DNA of 54,110 nucleotides, the filler included, from Dimargaris cristalligena (lineage: Eukaryota), in assembly GCA_003614675.1 (NCBI GenBank). It is 2 parts of 2 records of this genome, joined end to end, with 100 filler letters (N's around TTAATTAATTAA, not from the genome) between each part and the next. Parts side by side here need not be neighbours in the genome. Positions count along the whole stretch, not along the records: positions 27,106 to 54,110 come from ML002527.1; 1 more part is not named here. One strand, written 5' to 3'. Below the pieces are notes generated by a model, which was not told the DNA's origin, searched no databases, and saw only the letters and a list, made by a program, of their open reading frames with translations. Made by a program: the position numbers and the translations under genes. This document shows, piece by piece, positions 48,301 to 54,110 of this stretch. Position 1 is the first letter of the stretch, and each line of letters opens with the position of its first letter.

Positions 48301-50098
48301 CCAGGAAGCCTTCGGACTCGTACGTGACTCCGTGGGCGTAGTGGTGGACAGTGAAGGCCGAATTGGAGAAGCGGGGTTTGGTAAAGACCGGGGGAGGACC
48401 GGTGGTCTTTGCGCTCGGCCGATCCGGGAGGGAGAGCTGTTTGTAGAGCTTGTTAATGAGAGAGGAGTCGGAGCCGTTAGGAAGACGGCTCTCTTCGTCC
48501 AGCAGAGCCAGAACACCGAGTTTGCCCTCGATCAAGTCAATGCACGGCTGGTTGTCGCTATAGTCGATGAAGGTCCAGTTAGCAATCTGCTCGCGGGCGT
48601 ACTCCTCCTGCTCGAGTTTAAACACGTGCTTGTTGAACTCCTGTTGCAGCTTTTCGTTGGCGTAGTTGATGCAAAATTGCTCAAAGGAGTTCTTCTCAAA
48701 GTGTTCGAAGCCGTAGATATCCAGGACGCCAATGAAGCAACGGGCCTCGGTTAACATCTCAGGGGTGCACAGGCTTTGGTTAATGGCGGCCACCAGCCAG
48801 TCAAACAAATGGGCGTAAATGAATTTGGCGACCGAATCCCTCACGAGCATAGACTGCTGCCGGTTGAGGCTGCTGACAATTTTCTCGGTTCGAGTCACAA
48901 TCTGTTTCTTGATTAGCCACTTTTGGAACTGGGCACTGTCGAGCTGCAGGAGCTGGACGGCCTTTTGATAGGCCGGGTCCTGCTCGTTGACGTAGGCACC
49001 GCTGCGGTCGGTCCCGCCAAATTCCACGTTACCCAGGTGGAGCAGACCGGCAAGGAGGCGGAAGATGGCCTTTTGCTGGTTGGCATCGATGCCCACGGTG
49101 GTGAGGGCGTTGATGGTGGCTTCGAATTCCTCCGTATCATCCACGCCGGAAATCACCCCCTCCCCGCCTTGGTTCAGGTAGTGGAAGTCGGCGTAGTTCG
49201 TAATGCCGAGTTCAGCGCGTTCGGCCGGCGACGCGGCCTCGCAGAGCTGGTAAAAGATATGGTAGTTCCGCTCGGTAGGGGGTTGGTAAATCAAGCGGGA
49301 GCGCTCTAGAAGATAGGTACGAATCCGTGCGCCGACGATTTTGAACTCGTGGCTGAATTTAATTTCAATGTACTTGCCGAAGCGGGAACTGTTGTCGTTG
49401 CGGGTGGTTTTGGCGTTACCGAAGGATTCCAGAATGGGGTTGGTGGCCAGAATCTGTTCTTCCACCTTACTCAATTCAGGCTGACTGGAAGACCCCTTGG
49501 GCTTGGTGATGGCGGGAGTCTGGTGGACTGACGCTAGATACCGCATAATATATTTGGCACTCACGGTTTTACCGGCACCACTCTCGCCGGAAACAATGAT
49601 GGTTTGGTCCCGACCTTCACGAAGCATGCCCTGGAAGGCATCCTCGGCGATGGCGAATAAGTGGGGTTCCAGCTCCCCCCGGGACTTGCCTGAGTAGGCT
49701 TCAATAATGTCTTGGGAGTATAGTGAGACCCGCTGGAAAGGGTTCACGGCAATGAGAACGATACCCGAGTAAGTATAAATGTTATGCTGAGCGTACCGCG
49801 TGCGAATATTGTGCAGCACGGCCGGCTCGTGCAGATGGCTGAGATGAGTTAGGTCATCGATGCCCTCGAGGATGGGGGGATTGCAAAGTGGGGGAAGCGA
49901 GACTTTCTTGGAGTCGACGTCCTCGTAGGTGGCTTCGACGGTCATGGTTTCGCTGTCCTCGGTCTCGAACTGAAGGATGGCTTTGGGGCCCTGGGAGGTC
50001 CGGCTGGTTAGGGAGGCCCGGACCCAGCCTTTCTCATCGTCCGGGAACCAGGCCCGGGTGCCCTTGACATAGAGATCTAATACGTGTGTTCCCGCCAT
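45338..50098 (-). CDS. MYO2: Class V myosin (Myo2-like), 1586 aa
   Basis: Motor domain (GESGAGKT, NDNSSRFGK, LDIYGFE), six IQ motifs, a coiled coil, and a DIL/globular tail (FNHIIMRKNFCSWKRGMQIQYNLTRLEEWC). Single uninterrupted ORF. Confidence 0.97.
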   Translation of the reverse strand: MAGTHVLDLYVKGTRAWFPDDEKGWVRASLTSRTSQGPKAILQFETEDSETMTVEATYEDVDSKKVSLPPLCNPPILEGIDDLTHLSHLHEPAVLHNIRTRYAQHNIYTYSGIVLIAVNPFQRVSLYSQDIIEAYSGKSRGELEPHLFAIAEDAFQGMLREGRDQTIIVSGESGAGKTVSAKYIMRYLASVHQTPAITKPKGSSSQPELSKVEEQILATNPILESFGNAKTTRNDNSSRFGKYIEIKFSHEFKIVGARIRTYLLERSRLIYQPPTERNYHIFYQLCEAASPAERAELGITNYADFHYLNQGGEGVISGVDDTEEFEATINALTTVGIDANQQKAIFRLLAGLLHLGNVEFGGTDRSGAYVNEQDPAYQKAVQLLQLDSAQFQKWLIKKQIVTRTEKIVSSLNRQQSMLVRDSVAKFIYAHLFDWLVAAINQSLCTPEMLTEARCFIGVLDIYGFEHFEKNSFEQFCINYANEKLQQEFNKHVFKLEQEEYAREQIANWTFIDYSDNQPCIDLIEGKLGVLALLDEESRLPNGSDSSLINKLYKQLSLPDRPSAKTTGPPPVFTKPRFSNSAFTVHHYAHGVTYESEGFLEKNKDTVPEELSDVLRASKFSFLCDVLNHQSRSEDTSADARRVSPTSPTPVRGRGFGGAGAGKKMKTLGSVFKASLINLMDTIGSTESHYIRCIKPNESKVAWAFDPQMVLSQLRACGVLETIRISCSGYPSRRMIPEFDERYYILAKDSTRTADPRDLAQQILAATMPESDKYQIGLTKVFFRAGQLAFLEKLRTERLNHCATLIQKNARRMIQRKKYLRTRAALIQLQAMVRRRIAQQQVTALRRNRAALQIQTWWRAQHHRRLYVNRRKSCITIQRYSRGYLTRQWFQDLRTRTAAVTMQKYCRAFLARRVYQRELQLVVMMQSCIRRRTARKELKTLRIEARSINRIKEASMNLENKVMELTRQLATEKEEHRLLKKKYADMENRSTSYYDKWRGLEAQMATIIAQKEQTLAERTKELGKIKEDYEALTQQLEKLAEEFQLKEDEIEEVRGKLAKAQVSSTEHKNSQTMILNLQEEIANLKLQLASVSNQHLHHPSGVSNTSDNTLFSNQRDRKMSQPDFASGPRSAANNRASGQKWKRATIGATQGSDLANMLKLQFDANGGMDESDTYSTMNGSAEYPFLGPEEIERILDSDELINEILDELIHTLVVPIPNFQYEFPALELVYPAHLIGFCAIQMFKYNMSSRIQKLMMSVIATIQKQTVSFDSDFDCAFWLSNVFELLSIIKTTMSEHDTNMYEFVESERAMGESMQYLESLLSDIYFGWVKELQKRFIKLIIPGVVESEALPGFRSNDSNFLSKIIGPKESSVKIEHVLNFFNNVWKIMQFYCVDPAIMKQIISELLSTIGVTAFNHIIMRKNFCSWKRGMQIQYNLTRLEEWCKAHDVSDSTRHSEMLLQAVKLLQLQKSTLADINVMFDVCDLLNPAQIKKLLSIYSISDYENPISQDILAEIARRSASSERIDSLLLDSNDLNEQVLYLTARKVPLIEKYIPPKLNLARVRSLVQSHPGVIHAAIMPAGAPVQHI

Positions 50099-50786
50099 GG
50101 GTGCGATGGGGCAAAGGGAGCGAGAGGGGGATAGTGGTGCTCAAAACAGTCCTAACGAAGGACTGAGTACAGCGGAGTTGAACAACGGGATAGGGAAGCC
50201 GAAAGGTAATGCGAAGCGGAGAGGTAAGAGGGACAGATGACCATGTACAGACAACAGCCGGTGGGGAGGGGGTGCATACATACATAGACGATGGAGGGGG
50301 TTAGAGAGTGCAGCCTAGACTAGTAAAGTTGACCAGGGTAGAGGAGAATAGTAGCCCGTAGGTTACACTAGATAAGTGGACCGTGCTTAGTGGCGGGTAT
50401 AACAAAAATAAAAGCGTCAGCTCCGACGCAGTGGGAGATGAGGGGAGGCGGGTAGTATAGTCCAGGGGCGGAGCTTGGAATCGGGAAGTCCCTCTCGTCC
50501 AACAACAGGGACCGAATACAGTGGAGATGGTGGTCGAATGAAACGGTGCGCTTACCCTTGCTGCGCTTGGGAGACGGTGTTTGGCAATATTGCTGGGCGG
50601 TTGCAAAGAGTGGCAAGTGTACAATAATAAGGTCACAGGAGATGGAGCCCTGGCACAGGCTGGGCAGAGATGACGAGCAGCGGGGAAACCAGGAGCACCA
50701 ATGTTGGCCTAGAAACGCAGGAAAGAAAACGCAAAATAGAGGATGCAGGCGCAGAGGAAAGGCAGAATATAAAAGAAAAGAGGTGA

Positions 50787-50815
50787 AGAGAAGAGAGAAG
50801 AGAAGAGAAGAGAAG
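50787..50815. repeat. (AGAAG)n pentanucleotide microsatellite upstream of the myosin gene
   Basis: Tandem AGAAG/GAAGA units, which are CT-rich on the myosin sense strand. Confidence 0.8.
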
Positions 50816-51401
50816 ATGAGCGCAACGGAATCCCGAGTAGAGTCAGCTGAGGGAGAGAGACACTGAGAGCGGGAGGGAGAGGGCTTATACGAAGAATGGT
50901 GACAAGGGCCCGGCCCGAGTGTATGCGAGTTGAGGTCTCTGTCAGAGCTGGGCCCCGGCTTAGCAATGTCAGCTATTGTTGTTGCTATTATATGCTATTT
51001 TGACTGGTTCAACACCCCTTCCGCACATCCGATTGTCCGCTGTTTTATCCGTCAGAATCACGCTGTTAATGCCTCCGTTATCGTTATTCGAGTGATTGAT
51101 TAGGTAAGTGCCTGCTGCTTCACCGACTCCTTCAACTCGATCCAGCAGCACCTCAACTCCCTTACCACTAATCAATAGGTCTGGCTGCTGCCGTGTTTTT
51201 CATGTAGGATTGGGGAAGCGAACCGCTCAGTCCCGCTAGTGTGGGGAACCCCCTGTTATTAATAAAGTCCCTCCGTAACCAATGTCGGGGCCCCCTATTT
51301 GCGAATCCACCAAACCCATTCTCTCTTCCATTGACTTGCATTTGTGCTTCAGCCAGCCCGGCACTTTCCACCGCTTGCCCTACCCCCTTTCCCGCCTCGC
51401 G

Positions 51402-51926
51402 ATGGTGCCCCGCTTTACCCTGCCCGGCACCGACCTTCCCACTGGCCAGGCGGTCTACTTTTGTAAACATTGTCGAACCATTCTAGCCGATTCCACGACA
51501 TGGACGGCCCTAGTTCCCGAACTTGATTCCATCGTATTCAAGACCCAGGCCGGTACCCTGGACCATGCAACCGCGCTGCGAATCTCCCGTCCCAACGAAC
51601 CGGGCGTCCCTGGAAGCTACCACCAGCTGGCCTGTCGCCGATGTCGCCGGGTGGTAGGCCGACGGTATATCGTCACAACCCCACAGTGGTCCGAAATGCT
51701 ACAAGACCAGTTTGCGCTGGAGCGCGATCACATCCTTGCTTACCACCTGGTTTCGGGTCCTGCCACTGCCACTGCCACCGCCACCAGCACCACCACCACT
51801 GCGGAGGACCCGGCCTTCCAGGAACTGGCCGAAGATATGACCCGAGTCAAGCGGCTGATCTGTGTGCTAAACGAACGGCTAATGCAGGTAGAGACCCTGC
51901 TGCAAGCCAACGGAGACTACTCGTGA
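51402..51926 (+). CDS. MIS18: Mis18-like (Yippee/Mis18 zinc-binding domain + C-terminal coiled coil), ~174 aa
   Basis: AVYFCKHCRTILADS ... YHQLACRRCRRVVGRRY ... FALERDHILAYHL, then a heptad helix (FQELAEDMTRVKRLICVLNERLMQVE). The start may be ATG 51402 or the in-frame ATG 51282. Confidence 0.8.
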   Translation: MVPRFTLPGTDLPTGQAVYFCKHCRTILADSTTWTALVPELDSIVFKTQAGTLDHATALRISRPNEPGVPGSYHQLACRRCRRVVGRRYIVTTPQWSEMLQDQFALERDHILAYHLVSGPATATATATSTTTTAEDPAFQELAEDMTRVKRLICVLNERLMQVETLLQANGDYS

Positions 51927-52515
51927 CCTTTCCAATGGGCCTCGGCTGATTTAAAAATAGCAGCACCCTCTGTTTGGTTAGCTTAACAATGTACTATAAA
52001 ATCGTTATCCTCAAACGGAGTTTCCGATGCAGCGGCCCCTAGCCCAACTTGGGCCATCCCTAGTTGTTAATTGGCCCACGACACTCTTGGCCGCGTTTAG
52101 AAGTATTTTCACGATAATCTTGTCATTGGGGTGTGGTGGGGGAGGAGGAGGGGGTTAATCGCTGGACTATATACCGGGCCAGATTACCAGCCCCCTTGAA
52201 ATAATTCCCTCGATCCACTTGGACATTGTTCGCTCTTCATGATAAAAACTAATGATTGTATTTATGCGTCATGGATTATTATCACGGATGGGCATGGGTC
52301 AATGGACGGTGCCAGATATATGGTACAGGAGTGCTACGAATAAATGCTAAAAGGGTAGGAAGTTTTGTAAAGGAAGGGAGTTCAGCCACGGGGAAGCCGG
52401 ATTTTTTCGGAGGGACCCCCTCCTAGGGTTGTATAGCAAACGGCCAGCAGCCTTGGTTAGAGTTAACTGAGACGAAGACTAAGGTCACCATTACTGGCCT
52501 ATTCAACCATGGGCC

Positions 52516-54110
52516 CTAATTGGGCGTATCATTCACCAGCCCGAGGTAGTGCCAAAAGCCTCGCTTCCCCCGGGCATACTCTAACACTGCAATGATGTTC
52601 CGGGTCACCATCTGAACTCCCCACAAACCGACTCGCTTCAAGCGCCGGTTACGTTCACGTTCATCATAGGCCAGTTGAACAATTCCCTTGCCAATTTCCG
52701 CCGAAGCGTAGTCCGCAAATCGCGAGTCATAAACGCTCCAGGAGCCATCAAAGTCCGAGAAGCGCATAGAAAACCGACAGGGGATGGGAGTTACCGTGCG
52801 GTTAGCGTTCATGTAGGCCACAATCGGGCGGATAAGGGCATTGTTCAGGTAGGTCAAGTCGGAGGTTTGGAGAGGCACCGACGCCCGGGGGTTACGGAAA
52901 GTGACCTGGAGGTCGAATTGGATCTGGGGATCAATCTCGTGGAGGAGCCACCGGGTCGAAGGGGAGGCAGCGGGACTTGAAGATTGGGTTTCGCGGGTAG
53001 GTAGAGTCGGGTTGCTCGAGAGTGGGGGCATTCCCCGGGGCCCCTGGTCGTCAAAGCGGTGTCGGATAGAGTTGTTGATATTGGCCACGAGGGGGATATG
53101 CGGGGCCTGGTTAATGGCCTGCTCCAGGTCATCCGCCAGCCCATGGACCAATTTCTTGATAGGTTCCGCATGCGGATCGGTAGGGAAGGTAATGATCGCA
53201 TCCATGTCGACCTGCCCGTCCGTGATCCACCCAAAGGGACCATCGATACCGCCGTTTAGATGGCCAACCGGGACTCCATCTATGCGTAAGTGAGAGCGCT
53301 TGACTGGCGGACCAGTTTCGGTCGGAGGAACGAGGCATCGCTGGTCCGGCAAAGGCGCTGGGGTTTCACGTGCCATGGACCGCAGCGGTGCGGTTCGACC
53401 AGGCTGGATGGAACCCGCAATACTAGTGGTGGGGTCCTGGGCCCGGTGGATGCTGAATAAACAGTTGCTGTAGCTACCAACCATCGAGTCCGCCGATAAA
53501 ATATCGAGCAAAAACCACTGTTGGCGTAGTTGGGGCAACGAGGCGGAGAAAATCGAGATGGGGAACGGTGGGAAGTTATCCGGGTAGTACATGTATACCA
53601 GCATATCTTCGAGGTGGAAGCTTTCCAGTTCGAAATTACCCGGGCGATGTTTGGCCCGCTCGGCTTCGGGGTTGTAGGGTACGGCGGGGTCCCAGTAAAC
53701 CCGGCTGCGGTCGATTACCCCACGGACACCCTTCATCGTACAGTCCTTGACTAGTCCCTTACCGTCCATCCACCGCCAGACGGAAAAGGTGACATCTATC
53801 CGGTCGATGCGTAGGTCGTACATGGTATAATCCACCTCGGCCTGCAGGGAGTCGGGGTGAAGTTGGGCAACCTCATCCGACGGATGCTCTAGATGGTAAT
53901 GATCATCAAATCGTCGGTACGGGTTTTGGTTCGAGCGGTCCTGCTGCCTTTCCACTTGTTGCCGTGCGGTTTGCTTTACCCGCTCGGCGTATTCGGGCCC
54001 CAAATGCATAGAGACATTGCGAAGCGATATACTGCCCGTGCTCCAACTAGGGGATATGGACGATTCAAAATGAAAAGTGGCCCCCGTCAAAGTCATCAAA
54101 TAATCGCCCA
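52516..54110 (-). CDS. MDM31: Mitochondrial distribution and morphology protein Mdm31/Mdm32 family (5'-partial)
   Basis: YTMYDLRIDRIDVTFSVWRWMDGKGLVKD..KGVRGVIDR, LPQLRQQW, LRIDGV..HLNGG..GPFGWI, PRASVPL..LTYLNNALIRPIVAYMN and RRLKRVGLW. The frame is open to the window end. Confidence 0.93.
   Translation of the reverse strand, partial: GDYLMTLTGATFHFESSISPSWSTGSISLRNVSMHLGPEYAERVKQTARQQVERQQDRSNQNPYRRFDDHYHLEHPSDEVAQLHPDSLQAEVDYTMYDLRIDRIDVTFSVWRWMDGKGLVKDCTMKGVRGVIDRSRVYWDPAVPYNPEAERAKHRPGNFELESFHLEDMLVYMYYPDNFPPFPISIFSASLPQLRQQWFLLDILSADSMVGSYSNCLFSIHRAQDPTTSIAGSIQPGRTAPLRSMARETPAPLPDQRCLVPPTETGPPVKRSHLRIDGVPVGHLNGGIDGPFGWITDGQVDMDAIITFPTDPHAEPIKKLVHGLADDLEQAINQAPHIPLVANINNSIRHRFDDQGPRGMPPLSSNPTLPTRETQSSSPAASPSTRWLLHEIDPQIQFDLQVTFRNPRASVPLQTSDLTYLNNALIRPIVAYMNANRTVTPIPCRFSMRFSDFDGSWSVYDSRFADYASAEIGKGIVQLAYDERERNRRLKRVGLWGVQMVTRNIIAVLEYARGKRGFWHYLGLVNDTPN

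Noticed and set aside
45369..49697. Numerous + strand ORFs overlapping myosin V (likewise antisense ORFs in Opy2, the helicase, RING ligase, nucleoporin and MDM31)
   Set aside because: They are antisense or alternate-frame shadows of GC-rich coding sequence.
1..54110. tRNA, rRNA, snRNA genes, CRISPR arrays and transposase/reverse-transcriptase ORFs
   Set aside because: None recognised by eye. A tRNAscan-SE/Infernal run would be needed to exclude small RNAs in the intergenic regions.

Overview
Eukaryotic, fungal genomic DNA with spliced GT-AG genes and fungal markers (MDM31/32, Opy2, Nup60-like). An early-diverging fungus is my inference and is not verified. The window is not one natural contig: two 27,005-nt segments are joined by an artificial 100-nt linker (44 N + TTAATTAATTAA + 44 N, 27006-27105), so linkage across it cannot be assumed. 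Left segment: an Opy2-like membrane anchor, SPT3, VPS28, a small orphan secreted protein, a divergent mitochondrial DEAD-box helicase, a signal peptide-TM-RING-H2 ligase and a truncated Nup60/Nup153-like nucleoporin. It also holds a 144-bp MITE-like repeat, present as an inverted pair plus a solo copy, and a possible solo LTR. Right segment: a class I O-methyltransferase, mitochondrial uL22, a tandem ZNRD2/SSSCA1 zinc-ribbon protein, a 10-exon FruK/LacC-like PfkB kinase with a 115-aa insertion, a UCH deubiquitinase, a 1-Cys peroxiredoxin, DUF423/TMEM256, an orphan secreted protein, myosin V, Mis18 and a partial MDM31/32. I built the exon structures by hand and all retain frame. I found no convincing novel multi-gene system. 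The best leads are the MITE dimer/foldback, the PfkB kinase insertion, the divergent nucleoporin and the two orphan secreted proteins.
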